From assembly GCA_025449475.1 (NCBI GenBank), contig JANWJM010000018.1, positions 1 to 36,066 of the forward strand: a stretch of DNA of 36,066 bases. The letters are read 5' to 3'. Shown piece by piece: positions 9,292 to 17,424 of this stretch. The notes under the pieces were generated by a model. That model saw only the letters and a program-made list of their open reading frames with translations. It ran no database searches and was not told the origin of the DNA. This DNA is from Thermoactinomycetaceae bacterium. GTDB lineage: Bacteria; Bacillota; Bacilli; Thermoactinomycetales; Thermoactinomycetaceae. Positions within the stretch are counted from its first letter, which is position 1; each line of letters opens with the position of its first letter. A program made the translations under genes and the position numbers.

Positions 9292-10872
9292 TTAAATTCT
9301 TTCCTTCTCACGTTGCGCCATTAACTGTAAAACATAGGGCAACGTATCTCCCATTACACTCGTCCAAGCGCCGGAAGAGCCTCGATTGATCCATACAATC
9401 GGCTGTCGCGGAGATAAAGCACGATATAACTTTTTCGTTGAAACTAATTGAGGGGACATGGGTGGCAAATTGGGATTATTTGCATGCGCTTCATCAATGA
9501 GACGTTGTGCATATACATCCGAGGTAAAAAAATCAACGATCGGGCTTTGATCCTGCCCCGCCAATATCACCATATTCTCTTGTTGATCAACGATAATCCA
9601 GATGCGTCGGATCTCTGCCAACACCTGACAAACTTCCCAACCATTAGCCATTCCTTGTCCTTCTATCGTTGCTTTTTCCAATCGTTCTAATCCCTCGCGT
9701 ACATCAGTGGGTACTCCTTGGTTCCCCTTTTTCCCTGCTTGACTCACTTTTTCTGGTTGTTTGGATTCAGGTCGCTTGGATTGTTTTACTGGCTCCGTTA
9801 ATACATGACCTTTCTGATCAGCCGGTTCTGATTCTTTTTTGAGCGTAACACCAATATCCTCATTGATTTGTTTACTACCGCGATAAATTTCCAATTCTAA
9901 TTCTTTTTTATTCTTAATACTGTAGGGATTCACTCTTTCCGACGGATACTTCACTTTTTCTTCTTCCGTGCTCTTCACTTCTGATTGCGTATCTTCCACT
10001 GTGGAAGTTGAATTTTGAAGCTGCTGGCTCTCGACTTGCTGCTCTTGTTTCAGATCCGAATTAGATATCCCCTCTTTTTCCTCACGTACAGACTGTTCAA
10101 GCGGTTGTGGCTCCCTTGTCTCTTGTTTGGAGTGAGACGAATCCATTTCCAGAGCAATCGGTTGAACGCGATAAGTATGTGTGACGGAATTCAATTCTCG
10201 GTATCCCTCATGCCTTCCTCGCCAAATTTTCTCAATATGTTTGGCGGATAAATATTCTTGCTCCGGTAGATGAAAATGAAGATATAAGGACTGTGCTCCC
10301 ACTTTTTGAGCACGTTCAAAAACCGCCTTCCAAGGATGAAGAACGGGCGATCCTCCTGCCTCTTGACACATCAACTCAGCATCTTTTTTGCTTGAATAGA
10401 TTGCTACCGTATAACGATCTTTTTCATATTCAACCAGAAGCATATGTTGTTGCATAGTAGGAATCCAAGCACCAGGCATTTGTGCCAACTGGTTAACAGC
10501 ATATTCAACAATTAATTGATGCAAATGCTCCTTTTGGAAAAAAAAGCGAGATGGAAGTCCTACGTTCAAGATTAATCCGCTCACATCTGACCGATATGTT
10601 TGGATCAAAAACGGTAGGATGGGTTCCTCGACTAATTCAACATCATAAGCTTGACTCAATCGAACTTTGTCCACAGCTTCGCGATCGGTAAAAGCAACAA
10701 CAAAATTTTGTTGGTATTGACTTCCCCTTGCCAAGAATGGACTTTTTGTATTGCCATCACGAAGATATAAAACAAACAAACTCATTAAATTTCCGACGAG
10801 AAAATCACATACTTTTTCTATATCAAAAATCTCTTTATTCGCTCTTTCAAAAAAACTCCGGATATGCAACAA
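9292..10872 (-). CDS. uncharacterised 526-aa protein: three SseB-like modules around a long acidic/polar low-complexity linker
   Basis: TTG start 5 nt after GAGGAGGGG. There are three segments, each with a hydrophobic strand followed by F/Y-(T/S)-(D/S): NFVVAFTDREAV, YTVAIYSSKKDAE and IVDFFTSDVYAQ. Roughly residues 236-400 are E/Q/K/S-rich. The SseB-like assignment is by eye only. Confidence 0.7.
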   Translation of the reverse strand: MLHIRSFFERANKEIFDIEKVCDFLVGNLMSLFVLYLRDGNTKSPFLARGSQYQQNFVVAFTDREAVDKVRLSQAYDVELVEEPILPFLIQTYRSDVSGLILNVGLPSRFFFQKEHLHQLIVEYAVNQLAQMPGAWIPTMQQHMLLVEYEKDRYTVAIYSSKKDAELMCQEAGGSPVLHPWKAVFERAQKVGAQSLYLHFHLPEQEYLSAKHIEKIWRGRHEGYRELNSVTHTYRVQPIALEMDSSHSKQETREPQPLEQSVREEKEGISNSDLKQEQQVESQQLQNSTSTVEDTQSEVKSTEEEKVKYPSERVNPYSIKNKKELELEIYRGSKQINEDIGVTLKKESEPADQKGHVLTEPVKQSKRPESKQPEKVSQAGKKGNQGVPTDVREGLERLEKATIEGQGMANGWEVCQVLAEIRRIWIIVDQQENMVILAGQDQSPIVDFFTSDVYAQRLIDEAHANNPNLPPMSPQLVSTKKLYRALSPRQPIVWINRGSSGAWTSVMGDTLPYVLQLMAQREKERI

Positions 10873-10930
10873 CTATTCCCCTCCTCAACAAAAAATTCAC
10901 AAAATAATCGGTATCTTCAATCTTTCTCGC

Positions 10931-10960
10931 AAAAAAGAAAGCTCTCGCCAAAACAAGAGC
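10931..10960 (-). terminator. weak terminator-like hairpin after ytxJ
   Basis: On the minus strand, a GCTCT/AGAGC 5-bp stem is followed by TTTCTTTTTT. The stem is short. Confidence 0.35.
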
Positions 10961-11026
10961 CTGTTCATCACCCTAACACCATTGTATTCACCCATGAACG
11001 CAAAATTTCTCTCCCTTCTCCAATCT

Positions 11027-11374
11027 TCATTGCTCCGGTTTTGCACCCATCAATGCTTCTTGGGTGATATCTTTATGAGAAGCATGCCATGTTGCCTTCC
11101 CATCTTTGATCCAAATCGCTTGTGGAGATTCATGTTTTATCTCAAAGTAGTCAGCGATTTCATTTGAGACCGGTCGATCTTCGATGACATGTACCATCGC
11201 GATTTTCACATGTTTGGCATCCACTGTTTGGCTATACTTTTTTACCTCTTCAAGTGCTTTCGCACTGATTGGACATTGTGTACTATGTTTAAATAGTAGT
11301 AATGATTGTTGATTGGATGATTGTATAATTTCTTTCAACATGTCTATATTTGTAATCAAAGGAAGTTGACTCAT
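11027..11374 (-). CDS. ytxJ: bacillithiol-system thioredoxin-like protein YtxJ
   Basis: 115 aa with the monothiol motif HSTQCPIS (the TCPIS signature of YtxJ). SD AGGAGGAG. It sits in a syntenic position relative to ccpA. Confidence 0.88.
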   Translation of the reverse strand: MSQLPLITNIDMLKEIIQSSNQQSLLLFKHSTQCPISAKALEEVKKYSQTVDAKHVKIAMVHVIEDRPVSNEIADYFEIKHESPQAIWIKDGKATWHASHKDITQEALMGAKPEQ

Positions 11375-11517
11375 CTTCCAACTCCTCCTGTTCCTGTTAA
11401 AGGAATTTTATCATAAAATTTTGTTGCGGTCTCCTTCCTTTCAGGAATTGAGCTTTTTCTTTCAACATTTGGAGAGTATAATGGGTTTAGCTTGAGTGGA
11501 CAAAGGAGGAATCACCC

Positions 11518-12603
11518 TTGCCCCAACCAAAAACGGTTGTTGTGATGACCGGTGATCAGACTGGTCAAGAACTTTTAGAAGAAGCTTTGCGTGTATTAAA
11601 ACCTGAAGTGATCGGCTTTGACATTGATTTCCGATTTTACGACCTAAGCTTAGAACATCGCCGTAAAACCAACAACACAGTCGTCTATGAAGCCGCTTCA
11701 GCGATGAAAAAATATGGATTTGGATTAAAAGCGGCAACGATAACCCCCGAAGATCAAAATGACGTAGGAAGTCCAAATGCAATTTTAAGGCGTGAAATTG
11801 ATGGAAAAGTGATTATCCGAACAGGAAGAAGAATTCCTGGGGTTCGTCCAGTCGCAGGAACAAACTCCCCGATCTCCGTTATTCGAATGGCTACTGGAGA
11901 CTCCTATGAAGCAAAGGAGTGGAGAGAAAACGAAGGCTTGGATGAAATCGCCTACCGCACCGAAAGAATCGATCGGCGAACCTGTCGAGCTGTCTCAGAA
12001 TTCGCCTTTCAACAAGCTGAAAAAATGGGTGCCAAAGTCTTTGGTGGACCGAAATATACGGTAAGCCCCGTCTATGAGGGAATGCTAAAAGAAGAAATGG
12101 ATGCAGCTAGCAAACGTTATCCTCAAGTTGCCTATGAACCACAGCTGATCGATGCTACCTACGCGCTATTGATCAATAACTCTGGAGAACCTTTAGTGAT
12201 TCCTGCTTTAAATCGGGATGGTGATTGTTTAAGCGACCTCGTTCTTCAACTGTTTGGATCCATTGCCGGGGCAGAATCCATTTTAATCAGTTTTGATGAT
12301 CAATTTAAAACCAAGGTAGTCATGGCAGAAGCACCTCATGGAACAGCCCCCTCCCTTTATGGAAAAAATATCGCCAATCCAATGGCGATGATTTTAGCGA
12401 GCGCTTCCTTACTCACCTACTTTGATCAGCCCAACGCCATACATGCATCTCGCGCAATCTATGAAGCCACCATTGAAACCGTACGCGAAGGAACTCGTAC
12501 TGCTGACTTGGGCGGGAGTGCAACGACGACAGAATTAACCGATGAAATCATTTCCAAAATTCAAACCAAACTCGAAGTTTGGTCAACCATGCAAAACTTT
12601 TAA
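11518..12603 (+). CDS. isocitrate/isopropylmalate dehydrogenase-family protein, subfamily-II (eukaryote-type NADP-IDH)-like, shortened
   Basis: TTG start after AAAGGAGG. Blocks align by eye to IDH1-type enzymes: VVVMTGDQTGQEL (MxGDEMTR), YDLSLEHRRKTNN, GLKAATITPED, SPNAILRRE, IRMATGDSY, LIDATY, NRDGDCLSD and AEAPHGTAP. Confidence 0.88.
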   Translation: MPQPKTVVVMTGDQTGQELLEEALRVLKPEVIGFDIDFRFYDLSLEHRRKTNNTVVYEAASAMKKYGFGLKAATITPEDQNDVGSPNAILRREIDGKVIIRTGRRIPGVRPVAGTNSPISVIRMATGDSYEAKEWRENEGLDEIAYRTERIDRRTCRAVSEFAFQQAEKMGAKVFGGPKYTVSPVYEGMLKEEMDAASKRYPQVAYEPQLIDATYALLINNSGEPLVIPALNRDGDCLSDLVLQLFGSIAGAESILISFDDQFKTKVVMAEAPHGTAPSLYGKNIANPMAMILASASLLTYFDQPNAIHASRAIYEATIETVREGTRTADLGGSATTTELTDEIISKIQTKLEVWSTMQNF

Positions 12604-12647
12604 ATGATTTCTTGATATAAGGCTGACGAGGAAGGAGGCTTATTACG

Positions 12648-14141
12648 GTGAAAAAGAAAAAGCGAATTATTATCATTGGCGGTGGATTGAGTGGTCTTTC
12701 CGCTGCTCTTTACTTAGCAGTTAAAGGTTATCCAGTCATAATCCTTGAAAAGAACAAATACGTCGGTGGTCAGCTCAGACGAATTCAAAAGAAAGGCTTT
12801 ACCTTCCATATTGGCGCTGATATGATTACAATGCCTGAAACACTATCCGACCTGTTTGCTTGCGCCAATAAAAAGATGGAAGACTATTTAACCCTTGTCC
12901 CGCTTGATCCTCAATGGCGCATGTTTTTTCCAGATGGTGTCACTATCGACATTACCAACCATTTTTCCCAATCCTTCGATCACGAAAATCGACAATTTTT
13001 ATCAAGGGCTCTCTTTGATCAATATTTCAATCTATGCAAACATTTTTATGAGTCGATGCAACAAAATATCCAATCTTCATCGTTCCAAACCTTCCTTACC
13101 CAACAGTTTAAACAGCTTTTTGATCGAAATTACAAAAGAAACATTCATGAGACCCATCACCTATTTCTGGATGAACCACATATTAAACAGATCTTTGATC
13201 TTTTTCCCATGTTGGAAAGTCTGCCCGCTAACCAAGCGTCTCCTCTTTTATTATATACAGTCTATAGTCAATTACACCTTGGTCTCTACTATATCAAAGA
13301 TGGAAGCTATCGTTTAATCGAAGCACTTGTACAAATTCTTTATGAGTTGGGTGTCGAAATTCGTACAGAAGCAGAAGTTTGCAAAATTTTGACTGAATGT
13401 TTTGAAGTGGTTGGAATTGAGCTGACAGATGGTACACAGTTACCAGCCGACGTCATTCTCTCAAGTATAGATCCCCAGAGCACGTACAAACACTTATTGT
13501 GCGATTTTTCCCAAACACCGAAGATCCTCAAAAAATGGGATCAAAATGAACCCTCATTATCGGGACATTTTCTTTTGCTTGGCATTAACAACGTTTATCA
13601 AGAATTGCTCCATCACAATTACTTCTTAACAAAAAATCCCGAACAAGAACTTCATTTTCTCTTTGATAAGAAAGAACCAGCGCCTGATCCTACGGTCTAT
13701 GTAGGAGTCTCATCCTGTACAGATCCTCATCACGCACCCAGTGGCAAACAAAATTTGCTCATTTTTTCACATGTCCCTACCTTACAAGAAGGAGAGAGTT
13801 GGGAGAAATACCGCAAGCCATTCTATGCTTCCTATCGTCTAAAAGTAATCAGTAAACTTGAAAAAATGGGATTACATCATTTGGAACGAAATATTGATTG
13901 GGAAGTCGAAATCACCCCGACAGAGCTAAAAGAATACTTGGGAAGTGCGGGTGGTTCCATCTATGGGATCCGTTCCAAAAAACATCACAACCTTCCCTTT
14001 CACTCTTTCAAAGCCAATAAGATCCATTTTCTATACTTTATCGGTGGTTCTGTTTCGTATGGTCACCATATCCCGATGATTCTATTATCAAACAAAAAAA
14101 TTTCTGAGCAAATCGAAAGAGATATACAAACCTCCCCATAA
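12648..14141 (+). CDS. phytoene-desaturase-family (CrtI/CrtN-like) FAD-dependent oxidoreductase
   Basis: GTG start 9 nt after GGAAGGAGG. N-terminal dinucleotide fold IIIIGGGLSGLSAALYLAVKGYPVIILEKNKYVGG. Length of 497 aa is typical of the family. Only 44 nt separates it from the upstream gene, with no terminator, so the two probably form an operon. Confidence 0.85.
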   Translation: MKKKKRIIIIGGGLSGLSAALYLAVKGYPVIILEKNKYVGGQLRRIQKKGFTFHIGADMITMPETLSDLFACANKKMEDYLTLVPLDPQWRMFFPDGVTIDITNHFSQSFDHENRQFLSRALFDQYFNLCKHFYESMQQNIQSSSFQTFLTQQFKQLFDRNYKRNIHETHHLFLDEPHIKQIFDLFPMLESLPANQASPLLLYTVYSQLHLGLYYIKDGSYRLIEALVQILYELGVEIRTEAEVCKILTECFEVVGIELTDGTQLPADVILSSIDPQSTYKHLLCDFSQTPKILKKWDQNEPSLSGHFLLLGINNVYQELLHHNYFLTKNPEQELHFLFDKKEPAPDPTVYVGVSSCTDPHHAPSGKQNLLIFSHVPTLQEGESWEKYRKPFYASYRLKVISKLEKMGLHHLERNIDWEVEITPTELKEYLGSAGGSIYGIRSKKHHNLPFHSFKANKIHFLYFIGGSVSYGHHIPMILLSNKKISEQIERDIQTSP

Positions 14142-14148
14142 TGATTTC

Positions 14149-14766
14149 TTATCTTCCACGCTCTTGATATAAAATTTGCTTCAATCTTTTCTGCTCCCGA
14201 ATGATTTGAGTTGGATGGATATTGAGTTTCTCCTTTAACTCTTCCCAACTCATTTTTTCTTTCAAATCCAAGATTTCACTCAGTTCCTTTCCGCTAATCT
14301 TGGCTAAAATAGCTGCAGAAACCGCAGAAAAATCCTCTTTATAAATAATGGGGAGTAACTCTTGATCATCCATGGATAGATAAACGGATAAGACATGCGC
14401 CAAGAGTTTGGGATTTCGCAAGAAATCTCGAGGATACCATATCACTCGTGGAAAATATTCTTTAAGTTCTTCCCAGATCTCCTCAGGAGTCAAATGATAG
14501 TATCGGCTTAATTCCTCCCAGTTTGGATACTTTTTTTGATCGTTGATCACCTTTTCGAGTGGATGATCACTCTTTTTGGAGATGACTGCCGCAATTGTGA
14601 TTTGAACCTCATCCAACTTTTCATGTTGAATTAACATCTTTACCTTTTCCGGCTGAACGCCTAAGTATTTAGCCACTTCGTGATCCGTGGAGGTTGTGCC
14701 AGTGTAGAGTGGACAACACAATAACGTTGTAAGAGAGAGAATCAGTGAATATACAAGCGTATTCAA
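14149..14766 (-). CDS. hypothetical exported/membrane-anchored protein with an internal duplication
   Basis: TTG start. N-terminal hydrophobic segment LILSLTTLLCCPLY. Two repeats of about 45 aa share AA-x3-K-x-S...WEEL...P. No family recognised. Confidence 0.65.
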   Translation of the reverse strand: MNTLVYSLILSLTTLLCCPLYTGTTSTDHEVAKYLGVQPEKVKMLIQHEKLDEVQITIAAVISKKSDHPLEKVINDQKKYPNWEELSRYYHLTPEEIWEELKEYFPRVIWYPRDFLRNPKLLAHVLSVYLSMDDQELLPIIYKEDFSAVSAAILAKISGKELSEILDLKEKMSWEELKEKLNIHPTQIIREQKRLKQILYQERGR

Positions 14767-14784
14767 TCGTGTTCAACACCTTAC

Positions 14785-16206
14785 CTAATGATAAGATGTT
14801 TCCGTTTCAGCTTCACTGACCAACGACTCTTGCCCAATGACCTCTTGGATGGCTGGCTCTTGCCAAGCCAATTTTTGTTCCTCTCTCGAATACAGCGCAT
14901 AATCGACTCCTAACGCTCGAGCCAATTCCTTATCCATCGAAACCAAATCGTTTCGATCCACTTGATGAAGATCTGTTTTTCCGAGTGCATAAGCGACCAA
15001 CTTCATCTCCTCCACACACGATGTAACAAAATAAACCAGATGCATTGCAGCTTCATCAATATTAAGATCTTCTTTGAATTTCCCTTGATACAAAACCGTT
15101 TGTACAGGTGGTTCAAAAGGTGTTGCAAGATTGAGCTGCGATTGTAGCATCCCAACCAACGCAATCGAGCCAATGTAGACCGCATCTGCGCCTAATGCCA
15201 TGGCTTTTAAAAAATGTCCTGGAGTTGTTAACCCACCGGCTGCAATCACACTGACTTGATTTTTCACGCCTCTTTTTTGCAAATGCCGAACGGTTCGCGA
15301 GAGGGCAATCAATGTCGGCAAGCCTACATCATCTTGTAAAATAGTCGGACCACCATGGGTTCCACCTTCTGCACCATCTACAACAATAAAATCAATTTCT
15401 CCTTCCAGTGCTCGGTCAATCTCTTCCTCCAAATAATGAGTCGCACATGTTTTTAATCCCACAGGCACTCCATACGTTTTTCGCAAATTCTGCACGAGTG
15501 GCGGGAAATCTTCCGGTCGGTTGACATCCTTGAGCCGTGAATGAATCACAGCATCCTCGCCAATCGCTAAATCAAATCGCTTGCGAAAAGGCTCATCAAT
15601 TTTTTTTGCCGATGTTTTCATCGGGGCGGCTGCTTGAGCTCCTTGACCCAACTGAATCTCAATGGCATCCAATTGTGAGAGTGATTCATGATCATTCATC
15701 CATCCTCCGCGGTTATATTGACCAATAAAATATTTCGCTTCCTGCCGTTCTTCCTTAACAAGAGGCGCCTCTCCTGAATTGGTGGCTGTTCCTAACAGGG
15801 ATGCTCCCTTTGCTAAAGCAATCTTTGCCTGCAAGCTTAATGCTCCGCCGAAAGACATCCCTGTGATTAAGATCGGTATATCCAACTTAAGGGGTTTTCT
15901 TGCATTTAGGCCAATGATTGTCTTTGTTTCAATCTTTTTGTTATCAGGTGTCGGCATGCGATAAAGATGAACAGGATTAAAAAGCAGCTGTTCCCAGCGA
16001 GAAAGCACAATTGGACTTCCCAAAGGACGCTGGATCGGTTTTCCTGTTTCGGCGCGCATACCTGCTTCGATAATGGCTCGTGTTGTCAATTTTTGTGCGA
16101 CAGTTAAAAACGAAAAGATGTTTTCGGTATAAGGTTCTTTGACCATTCGATGAACCACACTATCAGCAACCGTATTGATGATCCGATGAATGATTCGTGA
16201 CAACAT
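14785..16206 (-). CDS. FMN-binding glutamate-synthase-family protein (YerD-like)
   Basis: GltS FMN-domain signatures VVDGAEGGTHGGP and AAGGL. The start was moved to the ATG at 16206, preceded by GGAGGAAGAAAA. The ORF-track start at 16278 has no SD. Confidence 0.9.
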   Translation of the reverse strand: MLSRIIHRIINTVADSVVHRMVKEPYTENIFSFLTVAQKLTTRAIIEAGMRAETGKPIQRPLGSPIVLSRWEQLLFNPVHLYRMPTPDNKKIETKTIIGLNARKPLKLDIPILITGMSFGGALSLQAKIALAKGASLLGTATNSGEAPLVKEERQEAKYFIGQYNRGGWMNDHESLSQLDAIEIQLGQGAQAAAPMKTSAKKIDEPFRKRFDLAIGEDAVIHSRLKDVNRPEDFPPLVQNLRKTYGVPVGLKTCATHYLEEEIDRALEGEIDFIVVDGAEGGTHGGPTILQDDVGLPTLIALSRTVRHLQKRGVKNQVSVIAAGGLTTPGHFLKAMALGADAVYIGSIALVGMLQSQLNLATPFEPPVQTVLYQGKFKEDLNIDEAAMHLVYFVTSCVEEMKLVAYALGKTDLHQVDRNDLVSMDKELARALGVDYALYSREEQKLAWQEPAIQEVIGQESLVSEAETETSYH

Positions 16207-16292
16207 TTTTCTTCCTCCTACATTTTTAATTTGCCAATAGTATGGATGAATCGATCTTTTTTTATCACGCTCAATCATTCAAAGTATCACAG

Positions 16293-16318
16293 AAAAAAGG
16301 CCCTACTTAGGCCTTTTT
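16293..16318. terminator. bidirectional hairpin terminator after the small basic protein gene
   Basis: AAAAAGGCC-ctactta-GGCCTTTTT. It overlaps the stop codon at 16317-16319. Confidence 0.75.
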
Positions 16319-16604
16319 AGCGTCTGCGTTTCAAATTCGGTCTTTTTCTTCCTTGTAAGATATCCATTCCTAATTGTGGATTGGCTTGAATTTGATTGGC
16401 AAATCGTTTGAGATCTCCTTTATCAACATCAGCTTGTGTCACTTTAAGCAGATAGTCTAATACTGCATTCATCCCGCCTTCACGATTTGCCCGTTTCGCA
16501 CCTTCCATAATCTGTTGAAGCTGATGTTCTGATAACACTTTTCGCCCCATGATTCCATTAATCATGTCGGCCAATTTTTTCATGGATAAGCCTTGATTGG
16601 ACAC
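16317..16604 (-). CDS. small basic-tailed protein, possibly SpoVIF-like
   Basis: GTG start 7 nt after AAGGGGGG. 95 aa, predicted helical, with an RKRPNLKRRR tail. The SpoVIF-like guess rests on size, weak resemblance and adjacency to YjcZ-like genes, not on a search. Confidence 0.7.
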   Translation of the reverse strand: MSNQGLSMKKLADMINGIMGRKVLSEHQLQQIMEGAKRANREGGMNAVLDYLLKVTQADVDKGDLKRFANQIQANPQLGMDILQGRKRPNLKRRR

Positions 16605-17055
16605 GGATTTTCCCCCCTTTGATCTTCAATACAATTTATGTTTGGGATAAAGCGTTGGGTAGGGGTATCCATCTACAATCAAGCCTATCTTTCTCTTGAT
16701 CTTGAACGGATGAATATCTTGCTTGAATATGCTAATCCAAACCATGTTAAGAAAGGAAAAAAGAAGCAATGTATCTTTTGAAACCTCTCCTCCTCTTCTT
16801 ATTATTAGTTCCTACCATCTTCTGGTTTGTTAGCTGTTTATAACGTCTATTTTTCTGAGGATAGGAATTCGCCTTTACCAAACTTTTTTTGACCGCATAA
16901 GTTAAACCAGCACCAGATAGAAAAAACATCTCAATCCCTTTTTTAGTAATCTGCATTTCAGGGGATGCCCATTTGAATGCATATCGATGGCGTTGGATTG
17001 TGTCGTTGGTACTGTACAACCATATACCTAGTTTTTTAAAAAGGAGGATCTTATC

Positions 17056-17169
17056 ATGAGCTACGGTGGATATTACGGAGGTTTTGGATGGCGTCAGCTC
17101 TTAATCTTCTTACTTGTGATCGCCACCATCTTTGTCTTTGTGGGAGGAATCGGCTTCGGTAGATACTAA
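17056..17169 (+). CDS. tiny transmembrane protein (YjcZ-like), copy 1, 37 aa
   Basis: Below the ORF-track cutoff. Sequence MSYGGYYGGFGWRQLLIFLLVIATIFVFVGGIGFGRY. SD AAGGAGGA lies 7 nt upstream. Confidence 0.8.
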   Translation: MSYGGYYGGFGWRQLLIFLLVIATIFVFVGGIGFGRY

Positions 17170-17210
17170 AATCGGCAAGTAGAGAAGGCTGTTTGAAAGG
17201 AGGTGAAGCC

Positions 17211-17321
17211 ATGAGCTACGGTGGATACTACGGAGGTTTTGGATGGCGTCAGCTCTTGATCTTCTTGCTTGTCATCGCTACCATCTTTGTTTTTGTTGGG
17301 GGATTTGGATACGGTAGATAA
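17211..17321 (+). CDS. tiny transmembrane protein (YjcZ-like), copy 2, 36 aa
   Basis: Sequence MSYGGYYGGFGWRQLLIFLLVIATIFVFVGGFGYGR. SD AAGGAGGTGA. It differs from copy 1 only by synonymous changes across the first 31 codons. Confidence 0.8.
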   Translation: MSYGGYYGGFGWRQLLIFLLVIATIFVFVGGFGYGR

Positions 17322-17341
17322 TAATTCTTTTAAAACAGAGA

Positions 17342-17378
17342 AGGAGTACTCACCGGATGGGTGCTCCTTTCACCTTTG
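17342..17378 (+). terminator. terminator after the tiny-TM gene pair
   Basis: AGGAGTACTC / GGGTGCTCCT stem of about 11 bp with two G-U pairs, followed by TTTCACCTTT. Confidence 0.65.
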
Positions 17379-17393
17379 ATAAAACCAACATAC

Positions 17394-17421
17394 GAAAACC
17401 CTTCGCATATACATCGAAGGG
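17394..17421 (-). terminator. terminator of the RsfA-like gene pair
   Basis: Minus strand reads CCCTTCG-atgtatatg-CGAAGGG followed by TTTTC. Confidence 0.7.
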
Positions 17422-17424
17422 CTT

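Noticed and set aside
10751-11167. Plus-strand ORFs 10751-11167 and 10864-11067 spanning the SseB-like / ytxJ junction
   Set aside because: They run antisense to two supported genes and to their intergenic terminator and RBS.
11462-11782. 106-aa minus-strand ORF overlapping the start of the IDH-like gene
   Set aside because: It lies antisense to a gene with strong family motifs and a strong SD, and it has no SD of its own.
16747-17019. 90-aa very basic minus-strand ORF (TTG start), and a 24-codon hydrophobic plus-strand ORF at 16769-16843 (MYLLKPLLLFLLLVPTIFWFVSCL)
   Set aside because: The 90-aa ORF has no SD, and its Lys/Arg-rich composition fits translation of A-rich DNA. The 24-codon ORF has only a distant AAGGA 11 nt upstream and is the complement of that same biased sequence. 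A toxin-like peptide cannot be excluded, but nothing supports it.
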